The notes under the pieces were generated by a model. The model was not told the origin of the DNA, made no database searches, and saw nothing but the letters and a program-made list of their open reading frames with translations. This document shows positions 18,737 through 27,193 of a stretch of DNA of 46,127 bases, one piece after another. Every line of letters starts with the position of its first letter. The stretch's first letter is position 1. Position numbers and translations under genes: made by a program. The stretch is taken from positions 1-46,127 of IMG/VR virus record IMGVR_UViG_3300034008_000048; one strand, 5' to 3'. This DNA comes from a virus (lineage: Duplodnaviria; Caudoviricetes).

Positions 18737-21027
18737 GCGTCGTCCTCCCAGTCGACTTCGCCCACGACAGGCCGATCATCGGTGTCCCCGACGCCGAGCT
18801 GGCGACGCCGGATAAGGGCGGCGTTCACGTCGGCCACGCTGCGGCCGTAGCGAGCACGTGAGCGTTCCTTGGCCTGCTTGCCGTAGTTGTACGGCTCTAA
18901 GGGCGGCAGGGTGCGGCCAGTGAAGGGCGGGCTGATGCCGTCCTCGGACGCGACCCGCGCCATGAACTCGTACTTGCCGAGCATCTTCATGTCGTCGGGC
19001 GTGACTGGCTTGCCGAACTCCATAGAGAAGGTGCTGGCGTCCTTGAGTCCGCGCTGAAACACCACCTTATTGACGGCGTTGTTCATGACGCCGTCTGCCA
19101 CAGGTTGACGTCCCTGTAGCTGGTCGAGGCCCTGGTGCATGAGGTGGAACTGGGCGCCCGCGCTGCGGCCCTCTTGCAGCATTACGTCAATCGGCACTGG
19201 GCTGTGGACGAAGTGCTGGAACTCGTCGAGCATGATGGCGAACGGGTTGGCTTCGTTCGTGTAGCCCGCTCTCAGCGCGTGCCAGATGTTGTTGATCAGC
19301 ATGGAGCCGATTAGCGAGGCGACTTCCTCGGGCAAACCCTTCAAATTGACGAAGAGCAGCTTGTTGTTCTTGACGATGTCGAGCAGGTCAATGCTGCTCT
19401 CCGTCTGCCCGATGATGTTGCGAATCTCGGCGCGGCTGTTGAGCTGCCAGATCCTCGAGCGCAGACTCTCGAAGTAGGTGTCACGCTGCTTCGGTGCCAG
19501 CTTGTCTATGTTGTGCCACCACCCCTTGATGTACGGGTCGGTCAAGCCTTCGATGATTGCCTTGCGGAACTGCTGCTCTTGCCGAGTACTTGGTGAGATA
19601 AGCGGCACGATGTCGACGAACGCGAACGGCCCCGGTGCCTTCGTCGTCATGAGCGTGATGAGCAAGTGGTACAGCGTCTCGGGCACTCGAACAGCGCCCG
19701 TGTCCCGGTAAATGCTGGTGAAGATTGTCTGCACGTCCGAAGCCACGGTCTGCGGGTTGCCTTGGGTAAGCAGGTTCAAACCGACCGGCCTGAGCGTGTC
19801 AGTGACGTCGAAGACGATGACGTCGTCCAGGCGGTCACGTGGGACGTAGTCGAGTAGGCCGTTGAACAGGTCGCCCTTCGGGTCGATGCCTAGTAGGCCG
19901 CGTCCCTCCTGCATGATCTGGGCGGCCAAGTTGAGCCCGAGTGTCGTCTTGCCTGAGCCGGTCCTCCCGACGATGTGCCAGTGCTTGGAGCTGTCGACGA
20001 CCGACACCGCCAACTTGCGCGGGTTACTCGGGTGATTGCTTTCGCCGAATACGCGGCCCTTACTGAGGACGCCGGGGCTTGCGGCGAGCGGCCGGGTGGC
20101 TGCACCTGGTAGACCGGCAATCTGCGCGCCCTTGATGCGCCAACCGAGCAGGGCGGCTAACTCCATGGTGCTGAGCTGCACCATGCTGTCGAGCGCAGAG
20201 GGGCGGACGGCGCGTGCGGCCCTGATGTCACTGACTACCGTGTCGAGCTTGCGGCGGTTGAGTTGCCAGTGCGTCTCACCGCTCGCCGTGGCGGCAAAGC
20301 GGTGACGGACATCTTGGACGAGCTGGCGAGCCTTGGGCTCCGTTTTCGCGTGCGCGCCGACGCGAAGGATGCCCCGGTAGTTTGGCTCGCTGAGCTTGCT
20401 GCGCCTAGACGACACCTCGTCACGACTGGCACTGCGGGGCGCGTGTAGGACGTTGCTGTAGCGGAACACGTCGGACAACACATCGTCACCTGGTGGGCGC
20501 TGACGTCTGGCTGGACTGAGCACGAACTGGACGACGACGTACTCCCCCTCGCTCAGCGCGTCGATCGACTTCAGGATGCTGGTGCTGATGTCGGCCGCGT
20601 GCCTGGTGTCTTTGATGTCGAGCGGCTTGCTGGGGCTGGTCATGCCAACCTCGACCGCGTAGGTGAGCGAGTAGTCGAAGGGTTCCTCGACGACGCCAGC
20701 CGCCATGCCAGGTATGGAACCGTGGAGTTGACGGATGATGCCGCCCGCCAGCACGTGAGGTAGCCGGATGAACGCACGGATGCGGTTGCCGTCTGCGTGC
20801 AGCTCGAAGGCCGTCGTCATGACGCCGCCAAGCTTGCGAGCGGGGGGCACGGCGCTGACGTTTCGCAGAAAGGCGATAACGCGGTCCACTTCTAAGTCGT
20901 TAGGGAAGGTGAGTTCATATGTGGCGCGATCTTTGTCGCGTCGTTTCTGGTTGAACGATTTGAGCAAGGCGGCTCCTGTTGGTATAAACAGTCCGGAAAG
21001 CAGTAGGAGGATAAACAGGGCGGCCAT
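18733..21027 (-). CDS. VirD4/TraD-like type IV coupling ATPase
   Basis: N-terminal TM; HWHIVGRTGSGKT Walker A; IDPKGD; MLDEFQHF Walker B; EGRS...HQ.L.QL; PFTGRT. Confidence 0.85.
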   Translation of the reverse strand: MAALFILLLLSGLFIPTGAALLKSFNQKRRDKDRATYELTFPNDLEVDRVIAFLRNVSAVPPARKLGGVMTTAFELHADGNRIRAFIRLPHVLAGGIIRQLHGSIPGMAAGVVEEPFDYSLTYAVEVGMTSPSKPLDIKDTRHAADISTSILKSIDALSEGEYVVVQFVLSPARRQRPPGDDVLSDVFRYSNVLHAPRSASRDEVSSRRSKLSEPNYRGILRVGAHAKTEPKARQLVQDVRHRFAATASGETHWQLNRRKLDTVVSDIRAARAVRPSALDSMVQLSTMELAALLGWRIKGAQIAGLPGAATRPLAASPGVLSKGRVFGESNHPSNPRKLAVSVVDSSKHWHIVGRTGSGKTTLGLNLAAQIMQEGRGLLGIDPKGDLFNGLLDYVPRDRLDDVIVFDVTDTLRPVGLNLLTQGNPQTVASDVQTIFTSIYRDTGAVRVPETLYHLLITLMTTKAPGPFAFVDIVPLISPSTRQEQQFRKAIIEGLTDPYIKGWWHNIDKLAPKQRDTYFESLRSRIWQLNSRAEIRNIIGQTESSIDLLDIVKNNKLLFVNLKGLPEEVASLIGSMLINNIWHALRAGYTNEANPFAIMLDEFQHFVHSPVPIDVMLQEGRSAGAQFHLMHQGLDQLQGRQPVADGVMNNAVNKVVFQRGLKDASTFSMEFGKPVTPDDMKMLGKYEFMARVASEDGISPPFTGRTLPPLEPYNYGKQAKERSRARYGRSVADVNAALIRRRQLGVGDTDDRPVVGEVDWEDDA

Positions 21028-21072
21028 GCCACTAATACGATGACATAGCCGCCCCGTTGTCCATAGACGTTT

Positions 21073-21189
21073 CTACTTGATCAGGTTCCCGAGCAATCCC
21101 CGCTTCGGGCATCTGAACTTGTGCTGGTTGAGTTTCACGGCGTCGGTGAATCTCAAGCCGCAGCGACTACAGGTGTACGTCGATGTCAC
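21073..21189 (-). CDS. 38-aa C2HC zinc-finger microprotein (not in ORF track)
   Basis: GGAGGT RBS, GTG start; YTCSRCGLRFTDAVKLNQHKFRC. Confidence 0.75.
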   Translation of the reverse strand: MTSTYTCSRCGLRFTDAVKLNQHKFRCPKRGLLGNLIK

Positions 21190-21226
21190 GTTGTCTCACC
21201 TCCCGTCGGACGGCCGCAGCTTGGGC

Positions 21227-21334
21227 TCACTTCGGGCACTTGGCGATATGGGCGTAGTAGGCCCGGGTGTCGCCGGTCAGCCACTTGGCACCGCAGCCCT
21301 TGTGGCAGTAGGTGTAGTAGAGCGCCATGGTCAT
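21227..21334 (-). CDS. 33-35-aa CCHC zinc-finger microprotein (not in ORF track)
   Basis: GGAGGT RBS; TGATG coupling (alternative ATG 21328); YCHKGCGAKW...YYAHIAKCPK. Confidence 0.7.
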   Translation of the reverse strand: MTMALYYTYCHKGCGAKWLTGDTRAYYAHIAKCPK

Positions 21335-21492
21335 CACCTCCCCCGCGGCTTATGAGCACGCTCGACGTGCCGGATGAGGACCTGCGGACTTCGGAAGATA
21401 TGACCGCAGGTGATACAGCCATACAGATAACCCGGTCGCTTGCGAGCTTCATTAGCTGGCTGCTGGTCGGGTGTAGACTTCGGGTTGGACAT
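21334..21492 (-). CDS. 52-aa classical C2H2 zinc-finger microprotein
   Basis: GGAGAGG RBS; YGCITCGHIFRSPQVLIRHVERAH. Confidence 0.75.
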   Translation of the reverse strand: MSNPKSTPDQQPANEARKRPGYLYGCITCGHIFRSPQVLIRHVERAHKPRGR

Positions 21493-21670
21493 TTTGGGCC
21501 TCTCCGCTTGATGTGTCCCGAGTGGCGGCCGGATTGCCCCCGGCCGCCACTTTTTTGTTGATCTGGTTTGCTGCGTCGATGAGCGCTGACCGATCACTCA
21601 CCTTGAGTGGTACGCCTGACTTCGTCGTTGAAGCCGCGACGTACCGTTCAAGATCGAACTCACTTACCAT
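21452..21670 (-). CDS. Hypothetical protein
   Basis: Overlaps upstream stop; part of the coupled operon. Confidence 0.5.
   Translation of the reverse strand: MVSEFDLERYVAASTTKSGVPLKVSDRSALIDAANQINKKVAAGGNPAATRDTSSGEAQNVQPEVYTRPAAS
21521..21556 (+). terminator. Rightward intrinsic terminator inside the leftward operon
   Basis: 12-bp perfect stem AGTGGCGGCCGG/CCGGCCGCCACT followed by a T run. Confidence 0.65.
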
Positions 21671-21816
21671 CGACGTCTAAAGATGTAGCTATAAACGACG
21701 ATGAGCGCGAAGGTGATGGCGATGATGGGAACTGCTGGTTCAAGCACCCACCACAACACCTTGATGACGATTGCGACGAGCAAGACCAAGTAGAGTGCCG
21801 CCTTCACCCGGGCCAT
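21664..21816 (-). CDS. 50-aa 2-TM protein (not in ORF track)
   Basis: MARVKAALYLVLLVAIVIKVLWWVLEP...IFRRRW; TGATG coupling. Confidence 0.7.
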   Translation of the reverse strand: MARVKAALYLVLLVAIVIKVLWWVLEPAVPIIAITFALIVVYSYIFRRRW

Positions 21817-21989
21817 CAAGACAGTCCGTTCAGCGCAAACTCGTCCATGAAGTAACCCATGTAATTCAAGTAGCGAGTGAGGTCATCTTGCGACGCTTCC
21901 CACATAAGATGTTCGGTATCGACTAGAAGTTGAAGCTCTAGATCGATACATGCCGAGCAGCGACCGCACCTTAAGTGAAAGTGCTTCAT
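21816..21989 (-). CDS. 57-aa CxxCxxC protein (not in ORF track)
   Basis: MKHFHLRCGRCSAC...; ATGA and TGATG overlaps with both neighbours. Confidence 0.6.
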   Translation of the reverse strand: MKHFHLRCGRCSACIDLELQLLVDTEHLMWEASQDDLTRYLNYMGYFMDEFALNGLS

Positions 21990-22201
21990 CGCATGTCCGT
22001 ATCGTCGTCTTCGATGAGGCGGCGTGTATTCAGGTAATCCCGAAACATCGCGCCCAAAGCTTCGTCAGAGTCCCTTTTAGGTGCGACCTGGTCTCTAATG
22101 GCGCGCGCAACCAGTCCGACCATGAAGCCAAAGGCAACGAACATGAATCCCAGGACGCCGAGAACTCCCCATAGTTGATCGTCGGTGAACGCGATGGTCA
22201 T
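21986..22201 (-). CDS. Single-TM protein
   Basis: ATGA overlap; TM helix. Confidence 0.65.
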   Translation of the reverse strand: MTIAFTDDQLWGVLGVLGFMFVAFGFMVGLVARAIRDQVAPKRDSDEALGAMFRDYLNTRRLIEDDDTDMR

Positions 22202-22548
22202 GTTCGCCGTCGATTCAGACGGGCATTGTTCCGCTCGTCCATGTCGTCGAGTCGCCGAAGCGCTCGTTCTAGGCCACGCTGAGTAACAGCCCTACGCATG
22301 GCCTTGGCCTCGGTTGCGGTGTAGAGCACGTCAGCCGCGTCGACTTCGATCTGATCGTTCTGCATCTGCCGAACGATGGTCTCTGTCTCCTGGTCAAGCG
22401 CTACACGTGCCAGGTAACCCTGGGCGTGCAACTGAATCTCACTCGACCTGGCTTGCTCCACTAGCGCCCGAGACTTCCGGTTGAGGTTGGTCGGATGGGG
22501 CAAGGCGGGCAGGTTGGCTGCCCGGTACTGCTCCATGTCAGATGACAT
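22198..22548 (-). CDS. Helical hypothetical protein, first gene of leftward operon
   Basis: AGGAG RBS before ATG. Confidence 0.7.
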   Translation of the reverse strand: MSSDMEQYRAANLPALPHPTNLNRKSRALVEQARSSEIQLHAQGYLARVALDQETETIVRQMQNDQIEVDAADVLYTATEAKAMRRAVTQRGLERALRRLDDMDERNNARLNRRRT

Positions 22549-22784
22549 GATTGTCTCCTAGTAAAGAGTCGGTTGATGGAGACGCAGCCAGCTGATGCTT
22601 GCGGGCGCGTAGAACGCCACGAGTAGCGCAGCCGTGCTGCGTCATCTGAACGCTGTTGAGTTCTCAAGTTGCTGGCGGCGACCGGCCCCAGTCTTTTTGG
22701 GATGCCGTACCGGTGGTTGGTAACTGCGCTCCCGAGCGTGCCATCGAACATGGGCCTAGACTTGGCAGAAAGTTTGCAACCGCC

Positions 22785-23657
22785 ATGGAGGGCGTCTTGA
22801 ACGATCAGGATGACTCGGTCGATGAGCCAAGAAGCACTCTGATCAGAGAACTATTGTCGCTTTTTAGAACGCAAGATCGACTTCTGCCAACTCATCTTGC
22901 TAAAGCGCCAACGATAAAGGACATGCTTGGGGGCGGGGATATAGAGCTGGCCTATACCACTCTTTTAGATCTCGCAGACCGCTATGCAGCCGAAGATTCC
23001 GACCTAGCAGCATGGTTCGCGGCCGCAGGCGTTACTAGGAGTGAGAGAGGTGTGAAGGCGCGGCTTGACCACTACGGCTCGAACCTGAAACCATCGAAGT
23101 CTTGGTGGACCGTGCGACGGTGGGCTTCGGAAAAGGGTGTCGAGAAATTGGCCAATATCGTGGTCGAACTTAGAGAACATTTGCAACATCGGTTCATTGT
23201 TCTGCTTATACCCGCCAGTGAAACGGAGGACCGCTTACCCGAAGTCAATATCGGACGGCCAGTCATTTACTTCGATGAACCAGAATCAACACCACAGTTC
23301 TCACTCGATCCCCTGTATGAAGTTCCCGAATTGGGGCCACTCGGTGTTAGGTGCCTACCGACTGGGGGTCGCGTCAGGCGAGACAAAACCATGTGGGCGC
23401 GCTCGCTAGAGGCTGACGTCGAACAATTCGAGTTCCTTTTCAGTTGGAGATCCAACGGAACGGTTCACTTCGATGTCCGATACAGCAACGACTTTCCATT
23501 CGCCGTACGCGACGAGCGCCACGACCGCCAATTGCATCTACTCCTTCGGCGCCTCCCCGAAGGGGATCTCTACGAGCATCCAGGCTTCGACGACGCGGAC
23601 CAGGAGTCATGGAACAGGTACTTTGCTGAGTACCTGAACGACGACCCCCGTCCGTGA
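22785..23657 (+). CDS. Hypothetical protein, possible regulator
   Basis: Long ORF (ATG 22785 or GGAGG-TTG 22797) divergent from the leftward operon and next to the integrase; helix SWWTVRRW. Confidence 0.6.
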   Translation: MEGVLNDQDDSVDEPRSTLIRELLSLFRTQDRLLPTHLAKAPTIKDMLGGGDIELAYTTLLDLADRYAAEDSDLAAWFAAAGVTRSERGVKARLDHYGSNLKPSKSWWTVRRWASEKGVEKLANIVVELREHLQHRFIVLLIPASETEDRLPEVNIGRPVIYFDEPESTPQFSLDPLYEVPELGPLGVRCLPTGGRVRRDKTMWARSLEADVEQFEFLFSWRSNGTVHFDVRYSNDFPFAVRDERHDRQLHLLLRRLPEGDLYEHPGFDDADQESWNRYFAEYLNDDPRP

Positions 23658-23674
23658 AGCCCATAGGGTGACTC

Positions 23675-23703
23675 TTGCGAACGCAAACGTGCAGCTATAG
23701 GCT
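23675..23703 (+). promoter_or_regulatory. Integrase promoter (leaderless) overlapping a palindrome/possible attP
   Basis: TTGCGA-N17-TAGGCT, 6 nt before ATG 23710; TTGCG-AA-CGCAA dyad. Confidence 0.55.
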
Positions 23704-23709
23704 CCATGG

Positions 23710-25137
23710 ATGCCCGCCATCCTGTACCTCCGTATTAGCCAAGACCGCGTCGGTGACGAGGCCGGGGTCACGCGCCAACGTGAGGACGCTGAGCGCCTGG
23801 CAAGGGCGCGAGGACTAGAGGTGGTTGACGTCCTGACCGACAACGACCAGTCGGCGCTCAGGTCCGCCAAGCGCCCCGGCTTCGAGCGGTTGATGGAGCT
23901 GATTGGGGCCGGGGCGGCTGACACCGTCGTGGCTTGGTCATTCGAGCGTGTACTGAAGACTCGAACCGACCAGCTGCGCTTCATAGAGCAAGGCCAGGTT
24001 CGAGGTGTGCGCCTGATTTTAGTACGCGGCGCAGAACTTGATATGAGCACTCCTGGTGGCCGCCTCCTGGCCGACATCCTGGCGAGCATTGCCAGGAACG
24101 AGACTGAGCTGAAGTCAGACCGGCAGAAGCGAGCCAACCGGCAGCGAGCCGAACAGGGACTCCCCCACGTCGCCCGCCGCGCCTTTGGCTACGAGCCGAG
24201 TGGCATGGAGATACGTGAAGACGAGGCCGAGCTAGTGCGTCAGATGGTCGAGCGCCTGCTATCCGGCTGGACGGTGCGCGACATAGTGCGCTGGCTCAAC
24301 GACGCCGGCCACCGCTCGACGGACGGCAAGGACTTCACGATCAAGGTGGTGAAGGACCATCTGACCAGCGCCCGCAACGCCGGGCTGCGCGTCTATGAGG
24401 GTCAGAGCTATCCCGCCGTCTGGCCGGGGATCATCGACGTCGCGACTCGTGAGCGTGTCCTGGCCGAGTTCGAGCGCCGTAAAGGGGCGTCGCGATCTGA
24501 GACGCCCCTTGCTCGCAAATACCTGCTCACGGGACTGCTCTATTGCGGCCGCTGCGGCGCTCCCATGGTCGGGCACGCCAAGAAAGACCCACGGTCAGAT
24601 GAAGCGCGGCCGAAGTATGTCTGCCCGTCCTACCCGCACGGGGCGTGGTGCGGTAACAACACGCGACTCTCGGTGCCGCTCGACCACCTAGTAACTGAGG
24701 CGCTGCTGTACAGGCTCGACACGGACGCGTTGGCGCGGCTATTACAAGGTGAAGGGGCAGTACAAGCTGTACTCCCCCTTGATGACCGTGACCGCCTCCG
24801 TGCTCGACTCGATCAACTCTTGGACGATTACGCAGACGGCACGCTGACCAAACCTGAGTTCACCAGAGCGCGTCAGCGCGTGCAGAACGAGCTGGACGCA
24901 GTCGAGGCAGAGATCGCCGCCATATACGCGTCACAGGACGCCACGCGCATGCTGAGCGCGGGTGAGAGTGTGCGAGCCGCGTGGGAACGCGAACCGGTCG
25001 CGTGGCGGCAACGGCTCATGAAGTTGATGATCGAGCGTGTCGTTGTGCAGCCAAGTAGAAAGCGCCCGACGTACTACGTGGGCGCTGAGGGCTATAGATT
25101 TGACTGGAACTCAGTCGAGATTAGCTGGTTGGTTTGA
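23710..25137 (+). CDS. int: Large serine integrase
   Basis: YLRIS catalytic Ser; RPGF; recombinase domain FGY; LLTGLLYCGRCG zinc ribbon; coiled coil. Confidence 0.95.
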   Translation: MPAILYLRISQDRVGDEAGVTRQREDAERLARARGLEVVDVLTDNDQSALRSAKRPGFERLMELIGAGAADTVVAWSFERVLKTRTDQLRFIEQGQVRGVRLILVRGAELDMSTPGGRLLADILASIARNETELKSDRQKRANRQRAEQGLPHVARRAFGYEPSGMEIREDEAELVRQMVERLLSGWTVRDIVRWLNDAGHRSTDGKDFTIKVVKDHLTSARNAGLRVYEGQSYPAVWPGIIDVATRERVLAEFERRKGASRSETPLARKYLLTGLLYCGRCGAPMVGHAKKDPRSDEARPKYVCPSYPHGAWCGNNTRLSVPLDHLVTEALLYRLDTDALARLLQGEGAVQAVLPLDDRDRLRARLDQLLDDYADGTLTKPEFTRARQRVQNELDAVEAEIAAIYASQDATRMLSAGESVRAAWEREPVAWRQRLMKLMIERVVVQPSRKRPTYYVGAEGYRFDWNSVEISWLV

Positions 25138-25285
25138 TTTTACCGTCTGACTTGGTGAACGACTTGCCCCGTGGTTTGTTCTTCCAGTGCCCCCGGCGCT
25201 GCAACTCGGCTTTGACGAGTTTGTAGATGGGGGAGTGCGGCTTCATCTGCCGCAACTCTTCTTCGAGTTCTCGGAGCAGGATCAT
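25121..25285 (-). CDS. 54-aa basic protein (not in ORF track)
   Basis: ATGA overlap; MILLRELEEEL...RRGHWKNKPRGK. Confidence 0.55.
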   Translation of the reverse strand: MILLRELEEELRQMKPHSPIYKLVKAELQRRGHWKNKPRGKSFTKSDGKIKPTS

Positions 25286-25515
25286 CGCTTAATCACCTTG
25301 CCGGTGGCGTCGTCGACCTTGTAGTAGAAATCAGCCAACTCACCCGCGTCTAGGTCGTAAGCGTTGATGACGATGTCACGCACACCGGCTGTGTGCATCT
25401 CGTGAGCTACCTTGACGGCTTCGCGGTAGGTTTGACAGGTGTCCTCTAAGAATTGACCGGCCTGAGTTCCATACCAGGATTGACCTGGCATGACAGTGTA
25501 ATCGTACTTGCTCAT
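25282..25515 (-). CDS. Hypothetical protein
   Basis: ATG 25515 overlaps upstream stop (ATGA). Confidence 0.6.
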   Translation of the reverse strand: MSKYDYTVMPGQSWYGTQAGQFLEDTCQTYREAVKVAHEMHTAGVRDIVINAYDLDAGELADFYYKVDDATGKVIKR

Positions 25516-25787
25516 CGCCGGTCGTATGCCTTCCATGGGTCAACCGGCCGGACTGAGCTGTAGTCACCAGTAACCCAGAAGCTCTTGGTTCGCGTGGTGC
25601 TTGGCGTGCCGTCTTTCTTGGTAAGGGGGGCGGTGACGAAGTGGTAGCCGTCAAGGAAGTCAACCGTCGTCACGTCCCCGCTGACGAAAGTGATGTGGTA
25701 TTGCTGACCATCGGACATCTGATAGGGCGTACCCTTCCAGGTCAATAGCGTGGTTCCGACTTGTGGCTTGAGTTCAGTTGCTTGCAT
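25512..25787 (-). CDS. Hypothetical protein
   Basis: GGGGA RBS; first of a three-gene coupled unit; KKDGTPS motif. Confidence 0.65.
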   Translation of the reverse strand: MQATELKPQVGTTLLTWKGTPYQMSDGQQYHITFVSGDVTTVDFLDGYHFVTAPLTKKDGTPSTTRTKSFWVTGDYSSVRPVDPWKAYDRR

Positions 25788-25953
25788 GGTGTGCGTCCCC
25801 GTTTATCTTTACTATACTTAGTTTAGCGAACGCAAACACGACTGCATAGTGTGGAATAGACAACTCGCCATTGACCAATCTGCACGTGTGCGCCATAACT
25901 AAGCGGCAGAACCGAAGGCATCAGGTTTTCGGTCGTACATGAAAGGCATTGTC

Positions 25954-26271
25954 ATGGCCGTGGTGCAGAGTCGCGTCTCTGACGTGAGCGGCAAAGTCGG
26001 CAAGGACGCCGATTTCGTCGAGGTGGTCATCAGGTCGGGGCTGGACTTCGACAAGCCGATGAAATTCGACGCGCTCCGTGCCGAGGTCAAGGACCTCCAA
26101 GGCGCTGCCGACTACATCGAGCTAGAGGTCAAGGACAACGGCGACACCCGTTCGATCATCCTCACCGCTGAGCAGTTCGCCAAGCTGGTCGGTGACGTCG
26201 AGAAGGTGAAGTCCGCCGCTCGCCCTACCAGAGGCCGCCCTATGGGTTGGAGTCCCGCCGCCAAGTCGTGA
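25954..26271 (+). CDS. Lsr2-like N-terminus with C-terminal AT-hook
   Basis: GAAAGG RBS; MAVVQSRVSDVSG resembles Lsr2 [15 protein letters not shown]; ends RPTRGRP. Confidence 0.65.
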   Translation: MAVVQSRVSDVSGKVGKDADFVEVVIRSGLDFDKPMKFDALRAEVKDLQGAADYIELEVKDNGDTRSIILTAEQFAKLVGDVEKVKSAARPTRGRPMGWSPAAKS

Positions 26272-26292
26272 GCCCACCCGGTTCGCGTCCTC

Positions 26293-26328
26293 AGCCCCAT
26301 CAACCAGACCGGTTGGTGGGGCTTCTTA
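26293..26328 (+). terminator. Intrinsic terminator
   Basis: AGCCCCATCAACC/GGTTGGTGGGGCT stem followed by TCTT. Confidence 0.6.
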
Positions 26329-26352
26329 CATCTCACGGCGGCGCGATCAATT

Positions 26353-26413
26353 TATCGAGCGCTTTCCGCCCCTGTCGGACACGCCTATCGAAAATTTATC
26401 GACTACTTATCGA
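26353..26413. repeat. Four phased TATCGA direct repeats
   Basis: Starts at 26353, 26386, 26397 and 26408 (spacing 33, 11, 11). Confidence 0.7.
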
Positions 26414-26566
26414 TTCGTTCTAGGCACTTTTTACTACCCTATAGATAGGGCTAATTCGTGTCGTTAGCGTCGCTTCTTGCCTCGTCCAGGACGAAGGCCG
26501 GGGGGGAACCTTCGATCGGGGGTCCTGGGCGAGGTCTCAAATCCCCCCCACAGAAAGATGCTATAT

Positions 26567-27193
26567 ATGCGCGTCTTAATGGCCGCGATTTTGTCGGCCT
26601 CATTGATAGGGCTTACGCCGCCAGTTCAGGCGGCCGATACCACCCCGACCGTCCGGCAGGCGTTACGCCACGTCGATAACGGCACGTGGACGACTGCCGA
26701 TCTACGGGTCATCAAGCGTCACCCTAGGATCGCCGCCAAGGTGGCCGACCCTCGAGCGCCTGAGCAGTCGGGAAGTCGCAGCGGTTCTAGCGCGACTGTC
26801 GAGCGTCAGATGACGAGAGGCATTTCTACCGTAGCCAGGGCCAGGTTGGGTCGATGCGGTTACTGGTACCTGGCATGGTTCCGTAAGCGCTCGCTGCTGC
26901 GGAACACGATGTACAAGTACTACCACCGCGTCGACTACTGCAAGACCAGTCGGAGGATAACGCGCTGGCAACATCGGACGGACTTCTGGCGGGAACCCGA
27001 CACTATCGCCTACTGGCGTGAGCTGGTCGAGAACCGGCGCAGAGGACGCGGCACACGGGTCGCCTACTCAACGCGTATGCGTCACATCGCGTTCTGCCTT
27101 GTGAAGCTAGGTTGTTACCAGTCGTTCTATCCTTGGGTCACTCTGACCATCCGGGCGAACGGTCGGAACCGGTATCGCGGGAGCGCCGGATGA
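26567..27193 (+). CDS. Secreted, highly Arg-rich protein
   Basis: Signal peptide ending VQA; four Cys in the C-terminal domain. Confidence 0.7.
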   Translation: MRVLMAAILSASLIGLTPPVQAADTTPTVRQALRHVDNGTWTTADLRVIKRHPRIAAKVADPRAPEQSGSRSGSSATVERQMTRGISTVARARLGRCGYWYLAWFRKRSLLRNTMYKYYHRVDYCKTSRRITRWQHRTDFWREPDTIAYWRELVENRRRGRGTRVAYSTRMRHIAFCLVKLGCYQSFYPWVTLTIRANGRNRYRGSAG

